DNA of 64,000 nucleotides from positions 21,700,001 to 21,764,000 of the forward strand of contig OZ024741.1 in NCBI GenBank assembly GCA_964016885.1. The letters run 5' to 3'. The notes below the pieces were generated by a model. That model did not search any database and was not told the origin of the DNA. It saw nothing but the letters and a program-made list of their open reading frames with translations. This document shows, in pieces, positions 48,101 through 63,100 of this stretch. Every line of letters begins with the position of its first letter. Position 1 is the first letter of the stretch. Made by a program: the position numbers and the translations under genes. This DNA is from Eledone cirrhosa (lineage: Eukaryota).

Positions 48101-51100
48101 TGTCTCCTAGTATTAGTTCTGGTTCTCTGCTCTCTCAGTTCCAATCCCACCGAGAGAATGTCTCCTAGTATTAGTTCTGGTTCTCTGCTCTCTCAGTTCC
48201 AATCCCACCGAGAGAATGTCTCCTAGTATTAGTTCTGGTTCCTTGCTCTCTCAGTTCCAATCCCACCGAGAGATTGTCTCCTAGTATTAGTTCTGGTTCT
48301 CTACTTTCTCAGTTCAAATCCCACCGTGAGAATGTCTCCTAGTATTAGTTCTGGTTCTCTGCCTTTTCAGTTCCAATCCCACCGAGAGATTGTCTCCTAG
48401 TATTAGTTCTGGTTCTCTACTCTCTCAGTTCCAATCCCACCAAGAGATTGTCTCCTAGTATTAGTTCTGGTTCTCTGCTTTCTCAGTTCCAATCCCACCG
48501 AGAGAATGTCTCCTAGTATTAGTTCTGGTTCTCTGCTTTCTCAGTTCCAATCCCACCGAGAGAATGTCTCCTAGTATTAGTTCTGGTTCTCTGCTTTCTC
48601 AGTTCCAATCCCACCGAGAGAATGTCTCCTAGTATTAGTTCTGGTTCTCTGCTCTCTCAGATCCAATCCCACCGAGAGATTGTCTCCTGGTATTAGTTCG
48701 GGTTCTCTGCTCTCTCAGTTCCAATCCCACCGAGAGATTGTCTCCTAGTATTAGTTCTGGTTCTCTGCTTTCTCAGTTCCAATATCACCGAGAGAATGTC
48801 TCCTAGTATTAGTTCTGGTTCTCTGCTTTCTCAGTTCCAATCCCACCGAGATATTGTCTCCTAGTATTAGTTCTGGTTCTCTGCTTTCTCAGTCCCAATC
48901 CCACCGAGAGAATGTCTCCTAGTATTAGTTCTGGTTCTCTGCTCTCTCAGTTCCAATCCCACAGAGAGAATGTCTCCTCGTATTAGTTCTGGTTCTCTGC
49001 TTTCTCAGTTCCAATCCCACCGAAAGATTGTCTCCTAGTATTAGTTCTGGTTCTCTGCTCTCTCAGTTCCAATCCCACCGAGAGATTGTCTCCTAATATT
49101 AGTTCTGGTTCTCTGCTTTCTCAGTTCCAATCCCACCGAGAGATTGTCTCCTAGTATTAGTTCTGGTTCTCTGCTTTCTCAGTTCCAATCCCACCGAGAG
49201 ATTGTCTCCTAGTATTAATTCTGGTTCTTTGCTTTCTCAGTTCCAATCCCACCGAGAGATTGTCTCCTATTATTAGTTCTGGTTCTCTGCTTTCTCAGTT
49301 CCAATCCCACCGAGAGATTGTCTCCTAGTGTTAGTTCTGGTTCTCTGCTCTCTCAATTCCAATCCCACCGAGAGAATGTCTCCTAGTATTAGTTCTGGTT
49401 CTCTGCTTTCTCAGTTCCAATCCCACCGAGAGAGTGTCTTCTAGTATTAGTTCTGGTTCTCTGCTTTCTCAGTTCAAATCCCACCGAGAGAATGTCTTCT
49501 AGTATTAGTTCTGGTTCTCTGCTTTCTCAGTTCAAATCCCACCGAGAGATTGTCTCCTGGTATTAGTTCTGGTACTCTGCTTTCTCAGTTCCAATCCCAC
49601 CAAGAGAATGTCTCCTAGTATTAGTTCTTGTTCTCTGCTTTCTCAGTTCCAATCCCACCGAGAGAATGTCTCCTAGTATTAGTTCTGGTTCTCTGCTCTC
49701 TCATTTCCAATCCCACCGAGAGAATGTCTCCTAGTATTAGTTCTGGTTCTCTGCTTTCTCAGTTCCAATCCCACCAAGAGAATGTCTCCTAGTATTAGTT
49801 CTGGTTCTCTGCTTTCTCAGTTCAAATTCCACCGAGAGAATGTCTTCTAGTATTAGTTCTGGTTCTCTGCTTTCCCCGTTCAAATCCCACCGAGAGATTG
49901 TCTCCTGGTATTAGTTCTGGTACTCTGTTTTCTCAATTCAAATCCCACCGAGAGATTGTCTCCTAGTATTAATTCTGGTTCTCTGCTCTCTCAGTTCCAA
50001 TCCCACCGAGAGAATGTCTCCTAGTATTAGTTCTGGTTCTCTGCTTTTTCAGTTCCAATCCCACCGAGAGATTGTCTCCTAGTATTAGTTCTGGTTCTCT
50101 GCTCTCTCAGTTCCAATCCCACTGAGTGAATGTCTCCTAGTATTAGTTCTGGTTCTCTGCTTTTTCAGTTCCAATCCCACCGAGAGAATGTCTCCTAGTA
50201 TTAGTTCTGGTTCTCTGCTTTCTCAGTTCCAATCCCACCGAGAGATTGTCTCCTAGTATTAGTTCTGGTTCTCTGCTCTCTCAGTTCCAATCCCACCGAG
50301 AGATTGTCTCCTAGTATTAGTTCTGGTTCTCTGCTCTCTCAGTTCCAATCCCACCAAGAGAATGTCTCCTAGTATTAGTTCTGGTTCTCTGCTTTCTCAG
50401 TTCCAATCCCACCAAGAGATTGTCTCCTAGTATTAGTTCTGGTTCTCTGCTTTCTCAGTTCCAATCCCACCAAGAGATTGTCTCCTAGTATTAGTTCTGG
50501 TTCTCTGCTTTCTCTGTTCCAATCCCACCAAGAGATTGTCTCCTAGTATTAGTTCTGGTTCTCTGCTTTCTCAGTTCCAATCCCACCAAGAGATTGTCTC
50601 CTAGTATTAGTTCTGGTTCTCTGCTTTCTCAGTTCCAATCCCACCAAGAGATTGTCTCCTAGTATTAGTTCTGGTTCTCTGCTTTCTCTGTTCCAATCCC
50701 ACCAAGAGATTGTCTCCTAGTATTAGTTCTGGTTCTCTGCTTTCTCAGTTCCAATCCCACCAAGAGATTGTCTCCTAGTATTAGTTCTGGTGCTCTGCTT
50801 TCTCAGTTCCAATCCCACCAAGAGATTGTCTCCTAGTATTAGTTCTGGTTCTCTGCTTTCTCAGTTCCAATCCCACCAAGAGATTGTCTCCTAGTATTAG
50901 TTCTGGTTCTCTGCTTTCTCAGTTCCAATCCCACTGAGAGATTGTCTCCTAGTATTAGTTCTGGTTCTCTGCTCTCTCAGTTCCAATCCCACCGAGAGAA
51001 TGTCTCCTAGTATTAGTTCTGGTTCTCTGCTTTCTCAGTTCCAATCCCACCGAAAGATTATCTTCTGGTATTAGTTCTGGTTCTCTGCTCTCTCAGTTCC

Positions 51101-54100
51101 AATCCCACCGAGAGAATGTCTCCTAGTATTAGTTCTGGTTCTCTGCTTTCTCAGTTCCAATCCCACCGAGAGAATGTCTCCTAGTATTAGTTCTGGTTCT
51201 CTGCTTTCTCAGTTCCAATCCCACCGAAAGATTGTCTCCTGGTATTAGTTCTGGTTCTCTGCTCTCTCAGTTCCAATCCCACCGAGAGATTGTCTCCTAA
51301 TATTAGTTCTGGTTCTCTGCTTTCTCAGTTCCAATCCCACCGAGAGATTGTCTCCTAGTATTAGTTATGGTTCTCTGCTTTCTCAGTTCCAATCCCATCG
51401 AGAGATTGTCTCCTAGTATTAATTCTGGTTCTTTGCTTTCTCAGTTCCAATCCCACCGAGAGATTGTCTCCTATTATTAGTTCTGGTTCTCTGCTTTTTC
51501 AGTTCCAATCCCACCGAGAGATTGTCTCCTAGTATTAGTTCTGGTTCTCTGCTCTCTCAGTTCCAATCCCACCGAGAGAATGTCTCCTAGTATTAGTTCT
51601 GGTTCTCTGCTTTCTCAGTTCCAATCCCACCGAGAGATTGTCTCCTAGTATTAGTTCTGGTTCTCTGCTCTCGCAGTTCCAATCCCACCGAGAGATTGTC
51701 TCCTAATATTAGTTCTGGTTCTCTGCTTTCTCAGTTCCAATCCCACCGAGAGATTGTCTCCTAGTATTAGTTCTGGTTCTCTGCTTTCTCAGTTCCAATC
51801 CCACCGAGAGATTATCTCCTAGTATTAATTCTGGTTCTTTGCTTTCTCAGTTCCAATCCCACCGAGAGATTGTCTCCTATTATTAGTTCTGGTTCTCTGC
51901 TTTTTCAGTTCCAATCCCACCGAGAGATTGTCTCCTAGTATTAGTTCTGGTTCTCTGCTCTCTCAGTTCCAATCCCACCGAGAGAATGTCTCCTAGTATT
52001 AGTTCTGGTTCTCTGCTTTTTCAGTTCCAATCCCACCGAGAGAATGTCTCCTAGTATTAGTTCTGGTTCTCTGCTTTCTCAGTTCCAATCCCACCGAGAG
52101 ATTGTCTCCTAGTATTAGTTCTGGTTCTCTGCTCTCTCAGTTCCAATCCCACCGAGAGAATGTCTCCTAGTATTAGTTCTGGTTCTCTGCTTTCTCAGTT
52201 CCAATCCCACCAAGAGATTGTCTCCTAGTATTAGTTCTGGTTCTCTGCTTTCTCAGTTCCATTCCCACCGAGAGATTGTCTCCTAGTATTAGTTCTGGTT
52301 CTCTGCTTTCTCAGTTCCAATCCCACCGAGAGATTGTCTCCTCGTATTAGTTCTGGTTCTCTGCTTTCTCAGTTCCAATCCCACCGAGAGATTGTCTCCT
52401 AGTATTAGTTCTGGTTCTCTGCTCTCTCAGTTCCAATCCCACCGAGAGAATGTCTCCTAGTATTAGTTCTGGTTCTCTGCTTTTTCAGTTCCAATCCCAC
52501 CGAGAGATTGCCTGCTAGTATTAGTTCTGGTTCTCTGCTCTCTCAGTTCCAATCCCACCGAGAGATTGTCTCCTGGTATTAGTTCTGGTTCTCTGCTCTC
52601 TCAGTTCCAATCCCACCGAGAGAATGTCTCCTAGTATTAGTTCTGGTTCTCTGCTTTCTCAGTTCCAATCCCACCGAAAGATTGTCTCCTAGTATTAGTT
52701 CTGGTTCTCTGCTCTCTCAGTTCCAATCCCTCCGAGAGATTGTCTCCTAGTATTAGTTCTGGTTCTCTGTTTTCTCAGTTCCAATCCCAGCGAGAGAATG
52801 TCTCCTGGTATTAGTTCTGGTTCTCTGCTCTCTCAGTTCCAATCCCACCGAGAGAATGTCTCCTAGTATTAGTTCTGGTTCTCTGCTTTCTCAGTTCCAA
52901 TCCCACCGAAAGATTGTCTCCTGGTATTAGTTCTGGTTCTCTGCTCTCTCAGTTCCAATCCCACCGAGAGATTGTCTCCTAATATTAGTTCTGGTTCTCT
53001 GCTTTCTCAGTTCCAATCCCACCGAGAGATTGTCTCCTAGTATTAGTTCTGGTCCTCTGCTTTCTCAGTTCCAATCCCACCGAGAGATTGTCTCCTAGTA
53101 TTAATTCTGGTTCTTTGCTTTCTCAGTTCCAATCCCACCGAGAGATTGTCTCCTATTATTCGTTCTGGTTCTCTGCTTTCTCAGTTCCAATCCCACCGAG
53201 AGATTGTCTCCTAGTATTAGTTCTGGTTCTCTGCTCTCTCAATTCCAATCCCACCGAGAGAATGTCTCCTAGTATTAGTTCTGGTTCTCTGCTTTCTCAG
53301 TTCCAATCCCACCGAGAGAGTGTCTTCTAGTATCAGTTCTGGTTCTCTGCTTTCTCAGTTCAAATCCCACTGAGAGAATGTCTTCTAGTATTAGTTCTGG
53401 TTCTCTGCTTTCTCAGTTCAAATCCCACCGAGAGATTGTCTCCTGGTATTAGTTCTGGTACTCTGCTTTCTCAGTTCCAATCCCACCAAGAGAATGTCTC
53501 CTAGTATTAGTTCTTGTTCTCTGCTCTGTCAGTTCAAATACCACCGAGAGTATGTCTCCTGGTATTAGTTCTGGTTCTCTGCTCTCTCAGTTCCAATCCC
53601 ACCGAGAGATTGTCTCCTAATATTAGTTCTGGTTCTCTGCTTTCTCAGTTCCAATCCCACCGAGAGATTGTCTCCTAGTATTAGTTCTGGTTCTCTGCTT
53701 TCTCAGTTCCAATCCCACCGAGAGATTGTCTCCTAGTATTAATTCTGGTTCTTTGCTTTCTCAGTTCCAATCCCACCGAGAGATTGTCTCCTATTATTAG
53801 TTCTGGTTCTCTGCTTTCTCAGTTCCAATCCCACCGAGAGATTGTCTCCTAGTATTAGTTCTGGTTCTCTGCTCTCTCAATTCCAATCCCACCGAGAGAA
53901 TGTCTCCTAGTATTAGTTCTGGTTCTCTGCTTTCTCAGTTCCAATCCCACCGAGAGAGTGTCTTCTAGTATTAGTTCTGGTTCTCTGCTTTCTCAGTTCC
54001 AATCCCACCGAGAGAATGTCTCCTAGTATTAGTTCTGGTTCTCTGCTTTCTCAGTTCCAATCCCACCGAGAGAATGTCTCCTAGTATTAGTTCTGGTTCT

Positions 54101-57100
54101 CTGCTCTCTCATTTCCAATCCCACCGAGAGAATGTCTCCTAGTATTAGTTCTGGTTCTCTGCTTTCTCAGTTCCAATCCCACCAAGAGAATGTCTTCTAG
54201 TATTAGTTCTGGTTCTCTGCTTTCCCCGTTCAAATCCCACCGAGAGATTGTCTCCTGGTATTAGTTCTGGTACTCTGCTTTCTCAATTCAAATCCCACCG
54301 AGAGATTGTCTCCTTGTATTAATTCTGGTTCTCTGCTCTCTCAGTTCCAATCCCACCGAGAGAATGTCTCCTAGTATTAGTTCTGGTTCTCTGCTTTTTC
54401 AGTTCCAATCCCACCGAGAGATTGTCTCCTAGTATTAGTTCTGGTTCTCTGCTCTCTCAGTTCCAATCCCACCGAGAGAATGTGTCCTAGAATTAGTTCT
54501 GGTTCTCTGCTTTTTCAGTTCCAATCCCACCGAGAGAATGTCTCCGAGTATTAGTTCTGGTTCTCTGCTTTCTCAGTTCCAATCCCACCGAGAGATTGTC
54601 TCCTAGTATTAGTTCTGGTTCTCTGCTCTCTCAGTTCCAATCCCACCGAGAGAATGTCTCCTAGTATTAGTTCTGGTTCTCTGCCTTTTCAGTTCCAATC
54701 CCTCCGAGAGATTGTCTCCTAGTATTAGTTCTGGTTCTCTGCTTTCTCAGTTCCAATCCCACCGAGAGATTGTCTCCTAGTATTAGTTCTGGTTCTCTGC
54801 TTTCTCAGTTCCAATCCCACCGAGAGATTGTCTCCTAGTATTAGTTCTGGTTCTCTGCTTTCTCAGTTCCAATCCCACCGAGAGATTGTCTCCTAGTATT
54901 AATTCTGGTTCTCTGCTTTCTCAGTTCCAATCCCACCGAGAGATTGTCTGCTAGTATTAGTTCTGGTTCTCTGCTCTCTCAGTTCCAATCCCACCGAGAG
55001 ATTGTCTCCTAGTATTAGTTCTGGTTCTCTGCTCTCTCAGTTCCAATGCCACCGAGAGAATGTCTCCTAGTATTAGTTCTGGTTCTCTGCTTTCTCAGTT
55101 CCAATCCCACCGAAAGATTGTCTCCTGGTATTAGTTCTGGTTCTCTGCTCTCTCAGTTCCAATCCCACCGAGAGATTGTCTCCTAATATTAGTTCTGGTT
55201 CTCTGCTTTCTCAGTTCCAATCCCACCGAGAGATTGTCTCCTAGTATTAGTTCTGGTCCTCTGCTTTCTCAGTTCCAATCCCACCGAGAGATTGTCTCCT
55301 AGTATTAATTCTGGTTCTTTGCTTTCTCAGTTCCAATCCCACCGAGAGATTGTCTCCTATTATTCGTTCTGGTTCTCTGCTTTCTCAGTTCCAATCCCAC
55401 CGAGAGATTGTCTCCTAGTATTAGTTCTGGTTCTCTGCTCTCTCAATTCCAATCCCACCGAGAGAATGTCTCCTAGTATTAGTTCTGGTTCTCTGCTTTC
55501 TCAGTTCCAATCCCACCGAGAGAGTGTCTTCTAGTATTAGTTCTGGTTCTCTGCTTTCTCAGTTCAAATCCCACTGAGAGAATGTCTTCTAGTATTAGTT
55601 CTGGTTCTCTGCTTTCTCAGTTCAAATCCCACCGAGAGATTGTCTCCTGGTATTAGTTCTGGTACTCTGCTTTCTCAGTTCCAATCCCACCAAGAGAATG
55701 TCTCCTAGTATTAGTTCTTGTTCTCTGCTCTGTCAGTTCAAATACCACCGAGAGTATGTCTCCTGGTATTAGTTCTGGTTCTCTGCTCTCTCAGTTCCAA
55801 TCCCACCGAGAGATTGTCTCCTAATATTAGTTCTGGTTCTCTGCTTTCTCAGTTCCAATCCCACCGAGAGATTGTCTCCTAGTATTAGTTCTGGTTCTCT
55901 GCTTTCTCAGTTCCAATCCCACCGAGAGATTGTCTCCTAGTATTAATTCTGGTTCTTTGCTTTCTCAGTTCCAATCCCACCGAGAGATTGTCTCCTATTA
56001 TTAGTTCTGGTTCTCTGCTTTCTCAGTTCCAATCCCACCGAGAGATTGTCTCCTAGTATTAGTTCTGGTTCTCTGCTCTCTCAATTCCAATCCCACCGAG
56101 AGAATGTCTCCTAGTATTAGTTCTGGTTCTCTGCTTTCTCAGTTCCAATCCCACCGAGAGAGTGTCTTCTAGTATTAGTTCTGGTTCTCTGCTTTCTCAG
56201 TTCCAATCCCACCGAGAGAATGTCTCCTAGTATTAGTTCTGGTTCTCTGCTTTCTCAGTTCCAATCCCACCGAGAGAATGTCTCCTAGTATTAGTTCTGG
56301 TTCTCTGCTCTCTCATTTCCAATCCCACCGAGAGAATGTCTCCTAGTATTAGTTCTGGTTCTCTGCTTTCTCAGTTCCAATCCCACCAAGAGAATGTCTT
56401 CTAGTATTAGTTCTGGTTCTCTGCTTTCCCCGTTCAAATCCCACCGAGAGATTGTCTCCTGGTATTAGTTCTGGTACTCTGCTTTCTCAATTCAAATCCC
56501 ACCGAGAGATTGTCTCCTTGTATTAATTCTGGTTCTCTGCTCTCTCAGTTCCAATCCCACCGAGAGAATGTCTCCTAGTATTAGTTCTGGTTCTCTGCTT
56601 TTTCAGTTCCAATCCCACCGAGAGATTGTCTCCTAGTATTAGTTCTGGTTCTCTGCTCTCTCAGTTCCAATCCCACCGAGAGAATGTGTCCTAGAATTAG
56701 TTCTGGTTCTCTGCTTTTTCAGTTCCAATCCCACCGAGAGAATGTCTCCGAGTATTAGTTCTGGTTCTCTGCTTTCTCAGTTCCAATCCCACCGAGAGAT
56801 TGTCTCCTAGTATTAGTTCTGGTTCTCTGCTCTCTCAGTTCCAATCCCACCGAGAGAATGTCTCCTAGTATTAGTTCTGGTTCTCTGCCTTTTCAGTTCC
56901 AATCCCTCCGAGAGATTGTCTCCTAGTATTAGTTCTGGTTCTCTGCTTTCTCAGTTCCAATCCCACCGAGAGATTGTCTCCTAGTATTAGTTCTGGTTCT
57001 CTGCTTTCTCAGTTCCAATCCCACCGAGAGATTGTCTCCTAGTATTAGTTCTGGTTCTCTGCTTTCTCAGTTCCAATCCCACCGAGAGATTGTCTCCTAG

Positions 57101-60100
57101 TATTAATTCTGGTTCTCTGCTTTCTCAGTTCCAATCCCACCGAGAGATTGTCTGCTAGTATTAGTTCTGGTTCTCTGCTCTCTCAGTTCCAATCCCACCG
57201 AGAGATTGTCTCCTAGTATTAGTTCTGGTTCTCTGCTCTCTCAGTTCCAATGCCACCGAGAGAATGTCTCCTAGTATTAGTTCTGGTTCTCTGCTTTCTC
57301 AGTTCCAATCCCACCGAAAGATTGTCTCCTAGTATTAGTTCTGGTTCTCTGCTTTCTCAGTCCCAATCCCACCGAGAGAATGTCTCCTAGTATTAGTTCT
57401 GGTTCTCTGCTTTCTCAGTTCCAATCCCACCAAGATATTGTCTCCTAGTATTAGTTCTGGTTCTCTGTTTTCTCAGTTCCAATCCCACCGAGAGATTGTC
57501 TCCTCGTATTAGTTCTGGTTCTCTGCTTTCTCAGTTCCAATCCCACCGAAAGATTGTCTCCTAGTATTAGTTCTGGTTCTCTGCTTTCTCAGTTCCAATC
57601 CCACCGAGAGATTGTCTCCTAGTATTAATTCTGGTTCTTTGCTTTCTCAGTTCCAATCCCACCGAGAGATTGTCTCCTAGTATTAGTTCTGGTTCTCTGC
57701 TTTCTCAGTTCCAATCCCACCGAGAGAATGTCTCCTAGTATTAGTTCTGGTTCTCTGCTTTCTCAGTTCCAATCCCACCGAGAGATTGTCTCCTAGTATT
57801 AATTCTGGTTCTTTGCTTTCTCAGTTCCAATCCCACCGAGAGATTGTCTCCTAGCATTAGTTCTGGTTCTCTGCTTTCTCAGTTCCAATCCCACCGAGAG
57901 ATTGTCTCCTAGTATTAGTTCTGGTTCTCTGCTTTCTCAGTTCCAATCCCACCGAGAGATTGTCTCCTAGTATTAGTTCTGGTTCTCTGCTCTCTCAATT
58001 CCAATCCCACTGAGAGAATGTCTCCTAGTATTAGTTCTGGTTCTCTGCTTTCTCAGTTCCAATCCCACCGAGAGAGTGTCTTCTAGTATTAGTTCTGGTT
58101 CTCTGCTTTCTCAGTTCAAATCCCACCGAGAGAATGTCTTCTAGTATTAGTACTGGTTCTCTGCTTTCTCAGTTCAAATCCCACCGAGAGATTGTCTCCT
58201 GGTATTAGTTCTGGTACTCTGCTTTCTCAGTTCCAATCCCACCAAGAGAATGTCTCCTAGTATTAGTTCTTGTTCTCTGCTCTGTCAGTTCAAATGCCAC
58301 CGAGAGTATGTCTCCTAGTATTAGTTCTGGTACTCTGCTTTCTCAGTTCCAATCCCACCGAGAGAGTGTCTTCTAGTATTAGTTCTGGTTCTCTGCTTTC
58401 TCAGTTCCAATCCCACCGAGAGAATGTCTCCTAATATTAGTTCTGGTTCTCTGCTTTCTCAGTTCCAATCCCACCGAGAGATTGTCTCCTAGTATTAGTT
58501 CTGGTTCTCTGCTTTCTCAGTTCCAATCCCACCGAGAGATTGTCTCCTCGTATTAGTTCTGGTTCTCTGCTTTCTCAGTTCCAATCCCACCGAGAGATTG
58601 TCTCCTAGTATTAGTTCTGGTTCTCTGCTCTCTCAGTTCCAATCCCACCGAGAGAATGTCTCCTAGTATTAGTTCTGGTTCTCTGCTTTTTCAGTTCCAA
58701 TCCCACCGAGAGATTGTCTGCTAGTATTAGTTCTGGTTCTCTGCTCTCTCAGATCCAATCCCACAGAGAGATTGTCTCCTGGTATTAGTTCGGGTTCTCT
58801 GCTCTCTCAGTTCCAATCCCACCGAGAGAATGTCTCCTAGTATTAGTTCTGGTTCTCTGCTTTCTCAGTTCCAATCCCACCGAAAGATTGTCTCCTAGTA
58901 TTAGTTCTGGTTCTCTGCTCTCTCAGTTCCAATCCCACCGAGAGATTGTCTCCTGGTATTAGTTCTGGTTCTCTGCTCTCTCAGTTCCAATCCCACCGAG
59001 AGAATGTCTCCTAGTATTAGTTCTGGTTCTCTGCTTTCTCAGTTCCAATCCCACCGAGAGAATGTCTCCTAATATTAGTTCTGGTTCTCTGCTTTCTCAG
59101 TTCCAATCCCACCGAGAGATTGTCTCCTAGTATTAGTTCTGGTTCTCTGCTTTCTCAGTTCCAATCCCACCGAGAGATTGTCTCCTCGTATTAGTTCTGG
59201 TTCTCTGCTCTCTTAGTTCCAATCCCACCGAGAGAATGTCTCCTAGTATTAGTTCTGGTTCTCTGCTTTCTCAGTTCCAATCCCACCGAGAGATTGTCTC
59301 CTCGTATTAGTTCTGGTTCTCTGCTTTCTCACTTCCAATCCCACCGAGAGATTGTCTCCTAGTATTAGTTCTGGTTCTCTGCTCTCTCAGATCCAATCCC
59401 ACCGAGAGATTGTCTCCTGGTATTAGTTCGGGTTCTCTGCTCTCTCAGTTCCAATCCCACCGAGAGAATGTCTCCTAGTATTAGTTCTGGTTCTCTGCTT
59501 TCTCAGTTCCAATCCCACCGAAAGATTGTCTCCTAGTATTAGTTCTGGTTCTCTGCTCTCTCAGTTCCAATCCCACCGAGAGATTGTCTCCTGGTATTAG
59601 TTCTGGTTCTCTGCTCTCTCAGTTCCAATCCCACCGAGAGAATGTCTCCTAGTATTAGTTCTGGTTCTCTGCTTTCTCAGTTCCAATCCCACCGAGAGAA
59701 TGTCTCCTAGTATTAGTTCTGGTTCTCTGCTTTCTCAGTTCCAATCCCACCGAGATATTGTCTCCTAGTATTAGTTCTGGTTCTCTGCTTTCTCAGTCCC
59801 AATCCCACCGAGAGAATGTCTCCTAGTATTAGTTCAGGTTCTCTGCTTTCTCAGTTCCAATCCCACCGAGATATTGTCTCCTAGTATTAGTTCTGGTTCT
59901 CTGCTTTCTCAGTTCCAATCCCACCGAGATATTGTCTCCTAGTATTAGTTCTGGTTCTCTGCTTTCTCAGTTCCAATCCCACCGAAAGATTGTCTCCTAG
60001 TATTAGTTCTGGTTCTCTGCTCTCTCAGTTCCAATCCCACCGAGAGATTGTCTCCTAATATTAGTTCTGGTTCTCTGCTTTCTCAGTTCCAATCCCACCG

Positions 60101-63100
60101 AGAGATTGTCTCCTAGTATTAGTTCTGGTACTCTGCTTTCTCAGTTCCAATCCCACCGAGAGATTGTCTCCTCGTATTAATTCTGGTTCTTTGCTTTCTC
60201 AGTTCCAATCCCACCGAGAGATTGTCTCCTAGTATTAGTTCTGGTTCTCTGCTCTCTCATTTCCAATCCCACCGAGAGAATGTCTCCTAGTATTAGTTCT
60301 GGTTCTCTGCTTTCTCAATTCAAATCCCACCGAGAGATTGTCTCCTAGTATTAGTTCTGGTTCTCTGCTTTCTCAGTTCCAATCCCACCGAGAGATTGTC
60401 TCCTAGTATTAATTCTGGTTCTTTGCTTTCTCAGTTCCAATCCCACCGAGAGATTGTCTCCTAGTATTAGTTCTGGTTCTCTGCTTTCTCAGTTCCAATC
60501 CCACCGAGAGAATGTCTCCTAGTATTAGTTCTGGTTCTCTGCTTTCTCAGTTCCAATCCCACCGAGAGATTGTCTCCTAGTATTAATTCTGGTTCTTTGC
60601 TTTCTCAGTTCCAATCCCACCGAGAGATTGTCTCCTAGCATTAGTTCTGGTTCTCTGCTTTCTCAGTTCCAATCCCACCGAGAGATTGTCTCCTAGTATT
60701 AGTTCTGGTTCTCTGCTTTCTCAGTTCCAATCCCACCGAGAGATTGTCTCCTAGTATTAGTTCTGGTTCTCTGCTCTCTCAATTCCAATCCCACTGAGAG
60801 AATGTCTCCTAGTATTAGTTCTGGTTCTCTGCTTTCTCAGTTCCAATCCCACCGAGAGAGTGTCTTCTAGTATTAGTTCTGGTTCTCTGCTTTCTCAGTT
60901 CAAATCCCACCGAGAGAATGTCTTCTAGTATTAGTTCTGGTTCTCTGCTTTCTCAGTTCAAATCCCACCGAGAGATTGTCTCCTGGTATTAGTTCTGGTA
61001 CTCTGCTTTCTCAGTTCCAATCCCACCAAGAGAATGTCTCCTAGTATTAGTTCTTGTTCTCTGCTCTGTCAGTTCAAATGCCACCGAGAGTATGTCTCCT
61101 AGTATTAGTTCTGGTACTCTGCTTTCTCAGTTCCAATCCCACCGAGAGAGTGTCTTCTAGTATTAGTTCTGGTTCTCTGCTTTCTCAGTTCCAATCCCAC
61201 CGAGAGAATGTCTCCTAATATTAGTTCTGGTTCTCTGCTTTCTCAGTTCCAATCCCACCGAGAGATTGTCTCCTAGTATTAGTTCTGGTTCTCTGCTTTC
61301 TCAGTTCCAATCCCACCGAGAGATTGTCTCCTCGTATTAGTTCTGGTTCTCTGCTTTCTCAGTTCCAATCCCACCGAGAGATTGTCTCCTAGTATTAGTT
61401 CTGGTTCTCTGCTCTCTCAGTTCCAATCCCACCGAGTGAATGTCTCCTAGTATTAGTTCTGGTTCTCTGCTTTCTCAGTTCCAATCCCACCAAGATATTG
61501 TCTCCTAGTATTAGTTCTGGTTCTCTGTTTTCTCAGTTCCAATCCCACCGAGAGATTGTCTCCTCGTATTAGTTCTGGTTCTCTGCTTTCTCAGTTCCAA
61601 TCCCACCGAGAGATTGTCTCCTAGTATTAATTCTGGTTCTTTGCTTTCTCAGTTCCAATCCCACCGAGAGAATGTCTCCTAGTATTAGTTCTTGTTCTCT
61701 GCTTTCTCAGTTCCAATCCCACCGAGAGAGTGTCTTCTAGTATTAGTTCTGGTTCTCTGCTTTCTCAGTTCCAATCCCACCGAGAGAATGTCTCCTAATA
61801 TTAGTTCTGGTTCTCTGCTTTCTCAGTTCCAATCCCACCGAGAGATTGTCTCCTAGTATTAGTTCTGGTTCTCTGCTTTCTCAGTTCCAATCCCACCGAG
61901 AGATTGTCTCCTAGTATTAGTTCTGGTTCTCTGCTCTCTCAGATCCAATCCCACCGAGAGATTGTCTCCTGGTATTAGTTCGGGTTCTCTGCTCTCTCAG
62001 TTCCAATCCCACCGAGAGAATGTCTCCTAGTATTAGTTCTGGTTCTCTGCTTTCTCAGTTCCAATCCCACCGAAAGATTGTCTCCTAGTATTAGTTCTGG
62101 TTCTCTGCTCTCTCAGTTCCAATCCCACCGAGAGATTGTCTCCTGGTATTAGTTCTGGTTCTCTGCTCTCTCAGTTCCAATCCCACCGAGAGAATGTCTC
62201 CTAGTATTAGTTCTGGTTCTCTGCTTTCTCAGTTCCAATCCCACCGAGAGAATGTCTCCTAGTATTAGTTCTGGTTCTCTGCTTTCTCAGTTCCAATCCC
62301 ACCGAGATATTGTCTCCTAGTATTAGTTCTGGTTCTCTGCTTTCTCAGTCCCAATCCCACCGAGAGAATGTCTCCTAGTATTAGTTCTGGTTCTCTGCTT
62401 TCTCAGTTCCAATCCCACCGAGATATTGTCTCCTAGTATTAGTTCTGGTTCTCTGCTTTCTCAGTTCCAATCCCACCGAGATATTGTCTCCTAGTATTAG
62501 TTCTGGTTCTCTGCTTTCTCAGTTCCAATCCCACCGAAAGATTGTCTCCTAGTATTAGTTCTGGTTCTCTGCTCTCTCAGTTCCAATCCCACTGAGAGAT
62601 TGTCTCCTAATATTAGTTCTGGTTCGCTGCTTTCTCAGTTCCAATCCCACCGAGAGATTGTCTCCTAGTATTAGTTCTGGTACTCTGCTTTCTCAGTTCC
62701 AATCCCACCGAGAGATTGTCTCCTCGTATTAATTCTGGTTCTTTGCTTTCTCAGTTCCAATCCCACCGAGAGATTGTCTCCTATTATTAGTTCTGGTTCT
62801 CTGCTTTCTCAGTTCAAATTCCACCGAGAGAATGTCTTCTAGTATTAGTTCTGGTTCTCTGCTTTCCCCGTTCAAATCCCACCGAGAGATTGTCTCCTGG
62901 TATTAGTTCTGGTTCTCTGCTTTCTCAATTCAAATCCCACCGAGAGATTGTCTCCTAGTATTAGTTCTGGTTCTCTGCTTTCTCAGTTCCAATCCCACCG
63001 AGAGATTGTCTCCTAGTATTAATTCTGGTTCTTTGCTTTCTCAGTTCCAATCCCACCGACAGATTGTCTCCTAGTATTAGTTCTGGTTCTCTGCTTTCTC